Shown here one piece after another: positions 20,112-29,694 of a DNA stretch of 64,000 bases. The notes beneath the pieces are model-generated. The model worked only from the letters and a program-made list of their open reading frames with translations, was not told the DNA's origin and did not search any database. The DNA comes from an uncultured Acidobacteriota bacterium (lineage in GTDB: Bacteria > Acidobacteriota > UBA6911), in contig CAWEJX010000006.1 of assembly GCA_963809485.1 (NCBI GenBank), forward strand, positions 96,001-160,000, read 5' to 3'. The translations under genes and the position numbers were made by a program. The number at the start of each line of letters is the position of its first letter. The first letter of the stretch is position 1.

Positions 20112-21218
20112 TCAATACTGTTTCAGAATCCTGGATATTTTTTTCGGGGTCAGGTTCCCGTGCACGTCCTGATTCACAAGCATCGCGGGAGCCATGTCGC
20201 AAGCCCCGATGCAGTTGGCCAGCTGCAGAGAAAATTTCCTGTCGCGTGTGGTTTCACCGGGCTTTATGCCAAGCGTATGTTCGATGCTTTGCAGGATCAA
20301 TTGCGAGCCCTGCAGATAGCAGGGGATGCTTTTGCAGACCCTGATGACGTTTTTCCCGACCGGTTGGGTGGAGAGATAGGAATAGAAGGTGGAAACCCCG
20401 TAAACATCGCTGACGGAGAGATTCAGGGCGTCGGCCGTTTTTGCCATGAATTTCGGTGAAACATGACGGGACGATTCCTGAGCCTTCTTGAGCATGGGGA
20501 GCAGTTCACTGCATTTCTTATCCTGGGGACTGGGCCGGGGCTCGATCGACGCCATTTTCCTGCCTCTCTTTTTGTCCTCCGGATGCCTGGCTTTGGTGAG
20601 CGCGCTGGTTGGACAATACTCCACGCAGAGGTAGCAGTCTTTGCAGACCTCCTTATTCAAAGGAATGTCATTGTCGACGATGACCTTCGAGTTGAAGGCC
20701 CTGTATCCGTTGCTGTAGATCCTCTTCCCTGCCAGTTCATTGCACGCGGCGATGCACCGGGAACACAGGATGCATTTGGACAAATCGCGGTGAATGTATG
20801 GACTTACATCCTCGACCGGGTAAAAACGCGGCCTTTTGACGCTGAACCTGGGAGGACCCATCTCCAAATCGGAAGAAACCTTGTGCAGGCTGCAGTTCAC
20901 GGCCCACTGATCCATCACACAGGGCCCCGTGTGGCCGGCCAGAAGAAGCTCCAGAGTGGCTTTGCGCGCCGATATCACTTTGGGAGACCGGGTGTGCAGC
21001 ACCATTCCCTCCGCGATCGGTGTGTGACAGGACGCGACCAGACGGTTGGATTTTTCGAGTTCCACGACGCAGATGCGGCAGGACCCTGTCGGAGTCAAAT
21101 CACGGTGATGGCAGAGCGTGGGAATGCTGATTCCGGCCTTTTCGGCGGCCTCAAGTATCGTCATTCCTTCGTGCCCTTCGACTTCTTTGTCGTCTATTCG
21201 GAGTTTTATGGATTCCAT
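20112..21218 (-). CDS. fusion of a NuoG/FdhA N-terminal Fe-S region with a NuoE domain
   Basis: IPTLC...GSCRIC...SC, H...C...C, CILCSRC...C, CKDCYLCVEYCP, followed by the NuoE motifs VSTFYS, CKSIPC, CIGAC..AP. Confidence 0.88.
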   Translation of the reverse strand: MESIKLRIDDKEVEGHEGMTILEAAEKAGISIPTLCHHRDLTPTGSCRICVVELEKSNRLVASCHTPIAEGMVLHTRSPKVISARKATLELLLAGHTGPCVMDQWAVNCSLHKVSSDLEMGPPRFSVKRPRFYPVEDVSPYIHRDLSKCILCSRCIAACNELAGKRIYSNGYRAFNSKVIVDNDIPLNKEVCKDCYLCVEYCPTSALTKARHPEDKKRGRKMASIEPRPSPQDKKCSELLPMLKKAQESSRHVSPKFMAKTADALNLSVSDVYGVSTFYSYLSTQPVGKNVIRVCKSIPCYLQGSQLILQSIEHTLGIKPGETTRDRKFSLQLANCIGACDMAPAMLVNQDVHGNLTPKKISRILKQY

Positions 21219-21613
21219 CTTCCTCACCACACTTTCTTCCTGCTGCCGGTTCTTCCATCCGCTGCGGATCACGAATCTGCGAGGTTCGTGGTCCAGCCGG
21301 ACGGCGGACCTGTGTAGCGGATGCCTCGCCGATCATAGTCCAAAGCCGGGCTTTTTCGAAAGCAAAATGTCGGCGCGAAAATCGTCGTAATGGCGGCAAA
21401 AAGGGTTTAAACGAGACCTGCATCCGAGGTTTTTCGGGTGAGGAAAAAACCTGAGAATATCCGTTTGGATTTCAGCCTGCAGGGGCAGGTTTGAGGCTGA
21501 AACCTGTACTTGCCTGCTGAGCGTATGATTCCCCGCCGGAGCCGCCTCGACAGGAAGGCGTGAGAAGAACGGAGTCCTCATCATCCGGCAGAGCCGGGGG
21601 ATCTCCCATTGGA

Positions 21614-22702
21614 CTAGTAATAGAAAAACTGGGTCTGGATGACGATCTGATTGCGGTCGGGCGAATTGTCCTTCAGTAGCCGTCCGAATCCCCCTTTGAT
21701 ATTGAGCTTGTGCTTGAGGATCCAGTAGGCCAATCCACCCTGGACTTTTATGTCGTCGGACAAGCCGGGCTTTGTGAAGTCCCGGGAAGCGAATTGGACA
21801 AAAGGCCCGAGTTTTGCCTTCTTGAAGTAATAGGAACCCTCCATCATCCAGGCATTCTGCTGGAGGAGGGATGTAAAAGAGGTCCCGCCGTCGTAGCGGA
21901 TAAAGTCGGCTTGAAACGTGACGGCGTCGCCGTTTGGGAGGGGGTGATCCAAAAACAGATCCACCCCGTTGGCGCTATAGTTGCCCTGACGGTCGATGGT
22001 AGCGCCTATGCTGAGTATTTTCTTCTGTCCGTGGGTTGTCCCCGTGTAGAAAAAGCCCGTGTCCGCTTCGAGCGGATACCATACCACTCGAACCATGTAA
22101 CGATAGGGGAAATCGCCTTCGTGGTTCCGGTTGCCCCGGTAGATGCCGACGCGATATTCAAAATGCTTCTTGATGTAGCCCCGGGCCTGCAGTCCGTAAT
22201 CGCGGCCAAACTTGGAAAATGTCGGGTCGGAGGCCAGAAAAGAGTAGGGCCCGTAATCTATAGCGAGGAGCGTGGCGGCGGATTGTCCGGAGTTGTGGGA
22301 TACCGGGACAATCAGCATCCCTCCGTCGAGCTGGAATTCGGGACGGAAAGCGTAATTGAGGTAAAGGTCCTGCAGGAATATTTCAGAGTTTCTCTTTCCG
22401 TCGAATCCCTCTTTGCCGAGGTTAGGGCTGTCGCTTTCCACGAAGAACGAAAGCTTTGGGGTTATTTTCCCGCCCGCAATAAGCCGGAACCTCCTGAGAA
22501 AGAGATTGTTCAAACTGTCTGTTGCCGACACGTTTTCGAGCGATTCAAATTGCGGTTGTGCCAGAAAGCCGAACGAAACGGAGGTCTTGCCTCCATTCAG
22601 CGTGAATTTCCATGGGGGTCCTGAGGCGTATGCCGGCTGCGGGCCGTGCAAAATAAAAGCCGCCAGACAGGCTGTGAGGCAGATATTGCAAACGAGTTTC
22701 AT
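21614..22702 (-). CDS. outer-membrane porin (OprO/OprP-like beta-barrel)
   Basis: Signal peptide, FLRRFRL, LQDLY, GRDYG, C-terminal aromatic QFFYY. Confidence 0.75.
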   Translation of the reverse strand: MKLVCNICLTACLAAFILHGPQPAYASGPPWKFTLNGGKTSVSFGFLAQPQFESLENVSATDSLNNLFLRRFRLIAGGKITPKLSFFVESDSPNLGKEGFDGKRNSEIFLQDLYLNYAFRPEFQLDGGMLIVPVSHNSGQSAATLLAIDYGPYSFLASDPTFSKFGRDYGLQARGYIKKHFEYRVGIYRGNRNHEGDFPYRYMVRVVWYPLEADTGFFYTGTTHGQKKILSIGATIDRQGNYSANGVDLFLDHPLPNGDAVTFQADFIRYDGGTSFTSLLQQNAWMMEGSYYFKKAKLGPFVQFASRDFTKPGLSDDIKVQGGLAYWILKHKLNIKGGFGRLLKDNSPDRNQIVIQTQFFYY

Positions 22703-22819
22703 GTTTCGTCCTTCCCGGCGGCCCTCATGCGCGGCAACGGAAGCCGGAGCTTAGGCTGGCGTGCAGCTTCTGCAAGACCGCACGATGGGTCCGGCGCGAT
22801 GCAGAGGACTGGCTTATCC

Positions 22820-22863
22820 AAAAAAACGGCCCACGGAATGAAATTCCCTGCATCCGTGGGCCG
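22820..22863 (-). terminator. intrinsic terminator after the corrinoid methyltransferase operon
   Basis: CGGCCCACGGA/TCCGTGGGCCG 11-bp stem followed by T7 on the minus strand. Confidence 0.75.
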
Positions 22864-22910
22864 ATGTAAAAAGAGCGGGTTTTCCGGGGAACCGCCCGGT
22901 TGCCGCTCTG

Positions 22911-24260
22911 CTATTTGTATACGCCGTACTCTTTGGTTGTGTCGATGAGGGCGTGCAGATTATCCGCCAGAGCCTCATCCAACACTGCGCCGTTGGACAT
23001 GAAGTATCCGCCGTCGCCGGCCACATCGTCCAGCAGGCGTTTGACACCATCCCTGACCTGCTCAGGCGTTCCCGTCTTTAGCAGCGAAGAAGGGAAGTTG
23101 CCGCCAAAGCAGCCCCAGCCGCCCAGGTATTTCTTCACATTCTTCATGTCGGTCTTGTCGAAGAACCAGATGGTCGTGCCGGCCGGGATGTCGGGATCGG
23201 TGATGATATCCAGCCTCTGGTTATAACCCCCCTCCACGAAGGAATACGGGATCAATCCCTCCTTGATTAGCCCCAGAATCACGGCTTTGTAGGACGGCCA
23301 GTAGAACTTCTTGAAATCGGCAGGGGACATGAAGCTGTCCGCTCCCTTGTGCAGCGGAACGAACACTGTCGGGGGGTCGCCCCATTGCGAATTGCGCACG
23401 CCCATGTCGATCATCAGGGGAATTATGCGTTCGCAAGCTTCAAGTATTTCTTTGGGCTTGCGGAATTTGTCGAGCAGGATTGCGCGCGTGCCGCGCATGG
23501 TGTCCCCGATAACATCCAGCGGCGCTTTCGAGAATGCTCCCTGGAATCCGGGCAATCCCAAAGTGCCCTTGATGGAGTTGCCGATTTCACCGACTTTTGT
23601 GATCCATTCCAGCGAGAGTTTGCCCGCCTCCATGATTTTTTTCAGGCTTTCCTGGACGTGAGGCAAACCGAAATGGAACATTCCCGGGCCGATAAACGGC
23701 AGTTCGAGAAGATCGGTGAACGGAGGAAGCGTGCTCCAGGCCTCGAAGGCTCCGAGAACCCTGGGTAGGTAATAGCGCAGGAAGTAGTCGGAGGGATCAC
23801 GCATGAACTCCGTGTATTCACTCGCCTTCATGAACTCGGCTTCCGCGCACTGGTAGGGGGTGTTTTCCGGTACGCCATGACCGGGCCAGTGGTAGAGCTT
23901 ATAGTCCAGCAGGTCAAACGCCTTGCCTGGGCCGTAGAGCCCCGCGGGCGCCGAGACATCCGGCAGGAAATCGGCGTGGAACTTCATCAGAGCCTTGCCG
24001 AGGATCTCGTAATCGTACATCGGGTCCCTGCAGGTGTAGCCGCCGTAAACGAACGGATAGAAACCGGTCGATATGGAAACCGGCACCCGTTCGGGCTTCT
24101 TCAGCTTGACTATATCAATAAGCATCTGGCAGCGTTTTTTATACGCCTCTTCCATCTGCTTGTTGGCAAACTGAACACCCTCGGGGTTCTGCCAGGCTTT
24201 AAGCCGGGTATCGAGCTTTTCGGATGGTGTAAGTTTGTCAAAATCGGCTGGTTTAGGCAT
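22911..24260 (-). CDS. uroporphyrinogen decarboxylase-like corrinoid methyltransferase (MT1-type)
   Basis: PERVPV, PLDVIGDTMRG, PLHKGAD.FMS...FKKFYWP, GTPEQV..GGYF; operon with a corrinoid protein. Confidence 0.8.
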   Translation of the reverse strand: MPKPADFDKLTPSEKLDTRLKAWQNPEGVQFANKQMEEAYKKRCQMLIDIVKLKKPERVPVSISTGFYPFVYGGYTCRDPMYDYEILGKALMKFHADFLPDVSAPAGLYGPGKAFDLLDYKLYHWPGHGVPENTPYQCAEAEFMKASEYTEFMRDPSDYFLRYYLPRVLGAFEAWSTLPPFTDLLELPFIGPGMFHFGLPHVQESLKKIMEAGKLSLEWITKVGEIGNSIKGTLGLPGFQGAFSKAPLDVIGDTMRGTRAILLDKFRKPKEILEACERIIPLMIDMGVRNSQWGDPPTVFVPLHKGADSFMSPADFKKFYWPSYKAVILGLIKEGLIPYSFVEGGYNQRLDIITDPDIPAGTTIWFFDKTDMKNVKKYLGGWGCFGGNFPSSLLKTGTPEQVRDGVKRLLDDVAGDGGYFMSNGAVLDEALADNLHALIDTTKEYGVYK

Positions 24261-24262
24261 GG

Positions 24263-24901
24263 TTATTTTGCTCCCACCCATCCCTTGGACAGGTTCACCG
24301 CCGCCATGGCATCTTTTCCGTAGGCGTCGGCCTTGGCATAGGCGCAGACCTGGTCATCCATCTGTCCGCCGCCGATCATGATTTTGACGCTGTCGCGCAG
24401 GCCGGCATCCTTGAGAGCCTGGACAGTGTTTTTCATGGGATCGTAGGCAAGCGTCAGGAAGCCGCTGAGCCCGACGACCTGGGGCTTGAAGCTCTTTACT
24501 GCCTCCACGAACTTGGCGGCCGGAACATCCACGCCGAGATCCATCACATCGAAACCGTTGATATCCAGCATGAATACCACGATGTCCTTGGCGATGTCAT
24601 GGATGTCGCCTTCCACTGTGCCGAAGACGATACGGCCCAGTTTCTTCTGAGGCGCGCTGCCCGAGCTCGCGATCTTCGGTTTAACCATCGCCCCGATCTG
24701 CCGCAGCATTTCGCCGGCCAGGATCAGTTCGGGCACGAAGCATTCGCCGGACGCAAACCGGTCTCCGATGATGCCGAGGGCTGTACGGCAATCATCCAGA
24801 AGGCCAACGGGATCCGCGCCTTCGTTCAGCAATTTTTCCGCAATCTTTACGGCATCTTCCTCACGCATATCAACGACGGCATCAATTAATTCTTTCGCCA
24901 T
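24263..24901 (-). CDS. corrinoid (B12-binding) protein
   Basis: B12 cap domain plus GTVEGDIHDIAK (DxHxxx), DLGVDV, GLSG, MIGGG. Confidence 0.93.
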   Translation of the reverse strand: MAKELIDAVVDMREEDAVKIAEKLLNEGADPVGLLDDCRTALGIIGDRFASGECFVPELILAGEMLRQIGAMVKPKIASSGSAPQKKLGRIVFGTVEGDIHDIAKDIVVFMLDINGFDVMDLGVDVPAAKFVEAVKSFKPQVVGLSGFLTLAYDPMKNTVQALKDAGLRDSVKIMIGGGQMDDQVCAYAKADAYGKDAMAAVNLSKGWVGAK

Positions 24902-24973
24902 GGTGCTCTCCTTTTTTGCTTCCTTTGGGTAAGTGTTACTCAATAATAACCAAAACCAACTTAGACGGGATCT

Positions 24974-25774
24974 CTACTGCTTGTTAAAAACTCCCGCGCG
25001 GAACGCGCGCGTATACTTGAGACAATGCTTGTCATGCCCCAGCAGAAGATCCGTGGCCAGCATCGCGGTCTTGATTTCATGGTCCATCGGATCGCAGATA
25101 GCGCTGTCGAGCCCTGCCTGCATGGAAAGAATCAGAAATACGCGATTGATATAGGAACGGGCGGGCATTCCGAAGGAAATGTTGCTCAACCCGCAGGTCA
25201 CGTGGACTTCCGGGAATTCGCTTCGGATGGAGCGGATGGTGTCGAAGAAAATCAATCCGTTTTCCTGGCCGGTCGAAATCGTCATCGCCAGGGGATCGAA
25301 ATAGAGCTGGTCGTCCGCGATCCCCAGCTTGCGGGTTTCGACGAGCAGCCGGCGAATGACGGACAAGCGGTCTTCTTTTGTTTTGGGGATGCCCTTTTCA
25401 TCCAGGGCCAGAGCAATGGCGGGAGTCTTGTGGGCGGCGACAATCGGCAATACCCCTTGCAGCCTGTGCGGCTCGGCGCTGATCGAGTTGATCATCGGGG
25501 TTTGTTTGACTGCCTTGATCGCCACTTCCAGCGCTTTCGGATTCGCACTGTCCAGGCAGATCGGCTTGTCGGTTACAGCCTGGATATTTTCAACCAGCCA
25601 GATCAGATCGTCCGCTTCGCGGCTTGGATGAGTGCCGGCATTGGCGTCGAGCCAGTCTGCGCCCGCATCTGCCTGCTTCTTTGCCAGGTCCTGGATGAAT
25701 GCTGCGTCGCGTTCCTGAATAGCCTGCGCTACCCGTTTCCGCGTCCCGTTGATTTTTTCTCCAATGATCTTCAA
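24974..25774 (-). CDS. methyltetrahydrofolate:corrinoid methyltransferase (AcsE/MT2-type pterin-binding protein)
   Basis: KIIGEKING, LDANAG, ICLDS, INSIS, FDPL, GLSNISFGMP; TTG start after AAGGAG. Confidence 0.9.
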   Translation of the reverse strand: MKIIGEKINGTRKRVAQAIQERDAAFIQDLAKKQADAGADWLDANAGTHPSREADDLIWLVENIQAVTDKPICLDSANPKALEVAIKAVKQTPMINSISAEPHRLQGVLPIVAAHKTPAIALALDEKGIPKTKEDRLSVIRRLLVETRKLGIADDQLYFDPLAMTISTGQENGLIFFDTIRSIRSEFPEVHVTCGLSNISFGMPARSYINRVFLILSMQAGLDSAICDPMDHEIKTAMLATDLLLGHDKHCLKYTRAFRAGVFNKQ

Positions 25775-26230
25775 ATGAACTTCTCCTTTCAAAAATCACC
25801 TGCCCGAAGCTGCGCACAGTTCTAAATCTACGAGCTTCACCTCCGGCGAACTCATGCAGGTCCAATATTACCCTATCAAATATCAATAAATAACAAGTAC
25901 TTGGATTATCGAGGGCTTTTGGGGCGGGCGCAGAAAACCAGAGAATCGATCCAAGCCTTATCGATTGTTCCCCAAACAATAAAGTGCCCTATAAAACTGC
26001 CACAGAATTTCGATTTATAGGACATTTTAAGGCGCTACACAAGCGATTTTATTGCCACCGGCATACCAGAAGCAGCGGATCCGGCGCCGCCCATTCCAAA
26101 CCGCACCCATCCTCAGCATTCCACCGGTCCGGCGGCACTCGAATTTCCGCCTGCCAAGCATTGGATTGACACCGGTGTGTCCCATAAAGTACCCTCATAG
26201 TAGTTGTATTCGATAAACTGGAGGTAGCAA

Positions 26231-26419
26231 ATGCCGCATCTCGGTACCACAGAGCTTATAGTCATCCTTGTGATCGTAATCCTGATTTTTGGCGTGAATA
26301 AGATACCGCAGCTGGGCAAGGGGCTCGGCGAAGGCATCCGGAATTTCAAATCCTCGCTGAAAGCAGGCCAGGAAGAGCCGCAGGCGAAAAACGACAAAAA
26401 CGAGCCCAAGGCAGGATAA
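26231..26419 (+). CDS. tatA: Sec-independent translocase TatA
   Basis: [31 protein letters not shown]; GGAGG RBS. Confidence 0.95.
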   Translation: MPHLGTTELIVILVIVILIFGVNKIPQLGKGLGEGIRNFKSSLKAGQEEPQAKNDKNEPKAG

Positions 26420-26509
26420 TTTCCCAAGAAAGGTCACCCAGACTTCCGCATCCAAGGAATCAGCTGCGCAATCCTCCAGGCAATTCCAGCAAAAGGCTCC
26501 AGGACCCTG

Positions 26510-26735
26510 TAATTCTATTGGTAAATCTGCGGCTCTGCCGGGGGACTCATAGAGTTTGACAGCTCCGTATTTTGAAACGCTGAGATACGCTGACAAAAGC
26601 GCTGACAAACACCGATTTGTTCGGCGAGGGTCGGCTTTTGCCTGCGTAAGTCAGCGTTCAAGACCAGCGTAACTCCTCCAACCGATTTGAGCGGTCCAAT
26701 CTTTCAAGCATCCGGCTTTGCCGGAGGTGCCTGAC
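26510..26735 (+). mobile_element. non-autonomous palindromic element with IS200/IS605-like ends, copy 3
   Basis: Same ends and core; the internal hairpin is almost wholly absent. Confidence 0.75.
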
Positions 26736-26818
26736 ACTTCGAAATGTTCCGATGCCAACCAATTACCTCCAAACAAAGCGGAGGCCTGGCGGCAGACTGC
26801 TCAAGGCGACGCCCCTAT

Positions 26819-28342
26819 TCAGCGCGAGTCATCCACCAGCTTGTCAACCTCGTGCACGATCTTCAGGCCCTTTTGGACCAGATCCACGCTCTCAACGCGC
26901 GATTTTCGGGCGAACTCCTTGTCTTTTATTCCGGGGATGTTGGTGAGCACGTTGTAGTGGGCGGCCTTAAGCGCGGCAAAGGCAAGCTGAGCGCCGACCG
27001 CCGCGTCGCTTCGGGCGTTGGGATTGCCGATCTCGACCAGCACGCGCACGTCCTCCAGCACGCGGAAGGCTGTGCGGGCCGTGCGGAGCGGGGTTTCGGT
27101 TGCGCCGATCGTCGCCTGCTCGATGGCGCCGGCGCGGATATCCTTCTCTTCTTTTGTTTCCTTTGGCAGTTTGAACGCGCCCAGAAGCGCCTTAAATGCA
27201 AGCGAGTCTTCCTGGACCAGCCCTCGAAGCTGACTGCGGGCCTTTATAAGCCGGGCATGTATTTCCCGTACCTGAGAATCCCGCAAGGCGAATTTCGCTC
27301 TGCCCTCCGTCAAACCGGCCATCATCTCGCCCAGAGCTGCAGCCAATACCCCCGCCAGGGCGGCGACGCTTCCTCCTCCGGGAATGGGCGTATTGGCGGC
27401 CACACTCCCTATGAATTCATCGATCCCATGCCCGCCGGACAGAGCTTCAGACAGGCGGTTTTCCAAAATCTGATTTCGGCTGAAATTCTCAAGACGCAGG
27501 TGGTATTCGGCAGAACCATCCAGGGCCTTCTGCGGGATGAGCCCGACGATCTCGCTCGAGGCGACAGAAACGCCGTAGCGGGCGGCCTCCCTGCAGACCA
27601 GGTCGAATACCCTGTAGATCGGGGTCGCTTCATAGTTTGTCAGGTTCATGGAGACCTGCGCCTGGTTCCGGCTTTTAATTTCAAATCCCAGCGCCTTGAC
27701 ATAGCGCAGGCCCCCGGTTGAAAAGCGGATGGAGCGCGCTATTTCCTGCGCGATCTTCAGTTCCGGGGTCCGGAGATAAATATTATAGGCAATCAAGGGG
27801 AAGCGGGCCCCTACGGCCGTCGCTCCCGCAGAGGGATGCACTTTGCAGGGCCCGAAATCGGGCTTGCGCTCGGGATTGCTTTGGATCTCTTCCCTGATTC
27901 CTTCAAACTGGCCTTTGCGCACGTAAGCCAGGTCCTGCCGCGCGGCAATCCGCGCAGACTGGTCATAGAGGTAGGTGGGAATGCCGTAAACCTCTGCTAT
28001 GTCCCGTGCCACCCGGGCCGACAGCTCCACGCATTCCTCCATATTGATGCCGGAAATAGGGATGAAGGGAATGACGTCGGCCGCCCCCATCCTCGGGTGC
28101 TCTCCCTCGTGCTGCCGGAGATCGATGAGTTCGACCGCTTTGCCGACCGCCCGAAGGACGCCGCGAGCGACGGCCTCGGGATCCCCGGCGACCGAGATCA
28201 CGCAGCGATTGTGTGCTGCGTCCATCTCGGTATCCAGCAGTGCGACATCCGGTTCTGCGGTCAGGGCGGAAGCCAGCGCTTCGACGGTCGCCTGGTTTCT
28301 GCCTTCACTGAAGTTGGGCACGCATTCCACGATTGTTTTCAA
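26819..28342 (-). CDS. ftcD: glutamate formiminotransferase / formimino-THF cyclodeaminase
   Basis: VECVPNFSEGR, HNR, GEHPRMGAADVIPF, GAR.PLIAYN, cyclodeaminase PGGGSVAA; TTGA overlap with the hutI stop. Confidence 0.93.
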   Translation of the reverse strand: MKTIVECVPNFSEGRNQATVEALASALTAEPDVALLDTEMDAAHNRCVISVAGDPEAVARGVLRAVGKAVELIDLRQHEGEHPRMGAADVIPFIPISGINMEECVELSARVARDIAEVYGIPTYLYDQSARIAARQDLAYVRKGQFEGIREEIQSNPERKPDFGPCKVHPSAGATAVGARFPLIAYNIYLRTPELKIAQEIARSIRFSTGGLRYVKALGFEIKSRNQAQVSMNLTNYEATPIYRVFDLVCREAARYGVSVASSEIVGLIPQKALDGSAEYHLRLENFSRNQILENRLSEALSGGHGIDEFIGSVAANTPIPGGGSVAALAGVLAAALGEMMAGLTEGRAKFALRDSQVREIHARLIKARSQLRGLVQEDSLAFKALLGAFKLPKETKEEKDIRAGAIEQATIGATETPLRTARTAFRVLEDVRVLVEIGNPNARSDAAVGAQLAFAALKAAHYNVLTNIPGIKDKEFARKSRVESVDLVQKGLKIVHEVDKLVDDSR

Positions 28343-29604
28343 GGCTGCTCCAATCGGTTGATGACGATGTTTCCCTTTTTTATAGTGACGACACAATGGT
28401 TGATGCCGAAAAAGTAAGGCAGTTCGCGATAGTCCGATACGTCCATTAGAACGATATCCGCCTGCTTCCCCTCCTCGATCGTTCCCAGCCGATCGGAAAT
28501 TCCGAGGGAATAGGCGCTGTTAACTGTCGCTGCCGCAATGGCTTCGGCCGGGGTCATTTGCATTTGAGTACAGGCAAAGGCGAGGATGAGCTGCATGTTC
28601 AGATTGAAGCACGTGCCGGGATTAAAATCGGTAGCCAGCGCCACCGGCACCCCCGCATCAATGAGCTTCCGGGCCGGTGCATAGCGCCTCGATCCAAGAT
28701 TGAAAGCGGTTCCGGGAAGAAGCGTCGCCACCGTGCCCGCCTGCTTCAATGCCCCGATATCGGCGTCGTCAATCCATAGAAGGTGATCCGCGCTGCGCGC
28801 CCCCAATTCGGCGGCCAGTCTGGCCCCTCCGCTGTGTCCCAGTTCGTCCGCATGAATTCTCATGCCCAGCCCCGCATCCCTGGCTGCCAGCAGAATGGAA
28901 CGGGCTTCTTCCACCGTGAAATAGCCGGCCTCGCAAAACACATCGCAAAATTGCGCAAGCCCCTCCTGAGCGACGCGCGGGATCATTTCCTCGATGATGT
29001 TGCGGATATACCGGTCTCGCGAGTGCGCATATTCTTCCGGAACGGCATGAGCTCCCAAAAAAGTCGGCACGACTTCCAGGCGATTGCTCTCACGCAGGGC
29101 GGCCAGGACCTGCAGGCTCTTTAACTCGTCCTCCAGGCTCAATCCGTATCCGCTTTTTGCTTCAATCGTTGTTGTTCCGTGCGAGAGAAAGTGGCGGAAG
29201 TATCGCTCGGTTCTTTGCAGAAGCTGATGCGGGGCGGCAGCGCGCAACTGCTCGACGCTGGCCGCAATTCCTCCGCCGGCGGCCGCAATCTCCTGGTAGC
29301 TCTTTCCCTGGCAGCGAAGATCATATTCCTGCGCGCGGGTACCGGCAAAAACAGGGTGCGTGTGCGAATCGACAAATCCGGGCATGGCCAACAGGTCCAG
29401 GCCGACTCCATCGAGGATCTGATACCTAGCGCCCAGCTCTCCCACCGGGATATCCCTGGTTGAGCCGACCCATACGATGCGTTCGCCGCGAATGAGCAAG
29501 GCGCCGTTCTCCATGATTCCGAGTTCGGACATGGAAGCCCCTGTCCGGGGCACTGGTTCCCCCCGGAGCGTAACAATTTGAGCAATATTCTTCAGAAGAA
29601 GCAT
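28339..29604 (-). CDS. hutI: imidazolonepropionase
   Basis: PGFVDSHTH, GTTTIEAKSGYGL, FLGAHA, HADEL, ALATDFNPG. Confidence 0.95.
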   Translation of the reverse strand: MLLLKNIAQIVTLRGEPVPRTGASMSELGIMENGALLIRGERIVWVGSTRDIPVGELGARYQILDGVGLDLLAMPGFVDSHTHPVFAGTRAQEYDLRCQGKSYQEIAAAGGGIAASVEQLRAAAPHQLLQRTERYFRHFLSHGTTTIEAKSGYGLSLEDELKSLQVLAALRESNRLEVVPTFLGAHAVPEEYAHSRDRYIRNIIEEMIPRVAQEGLAQFCDVFCEAGYFTVEEARSILLAARDAGLGMRIHADELGHSGGARLAAELGARSADHLLWIDDADIGALKQAGTVATLLPGTAFNLGSRRYAPARKLIDAGVPVALATDFNPGTCFNLNMQLILAFACTQMQMTPAEAIAAATVNSAYSLGISDRLGTIEEGKQADIVLMDVSDYRELPYFFGINHCVVTIKKGNIVINRLEQP

Positions 29605-29694
29605 AACGGATCCCTGACTTGCACCTGCACTGGCGTCGCAAATCGCAAACTGTATACCAAACCTTTTCTGAAAAAAGCACAAAAACGAAAAGGC

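Noticed and set aside
18861-21218. Respiratory complex I or [FeFe]-hydrogenase genes (also 51361..54938)
   Set aside because: No membrane nuo genes and no H-cluster or NiFe motifs; these are soluble diaphorase-type modules
25793-26230. Cobalamin riboswitch upstream of the corrinoid operon
   Set aside because: No B12-box or conserved core visible; the region looks like an AT-rich divergent promoter
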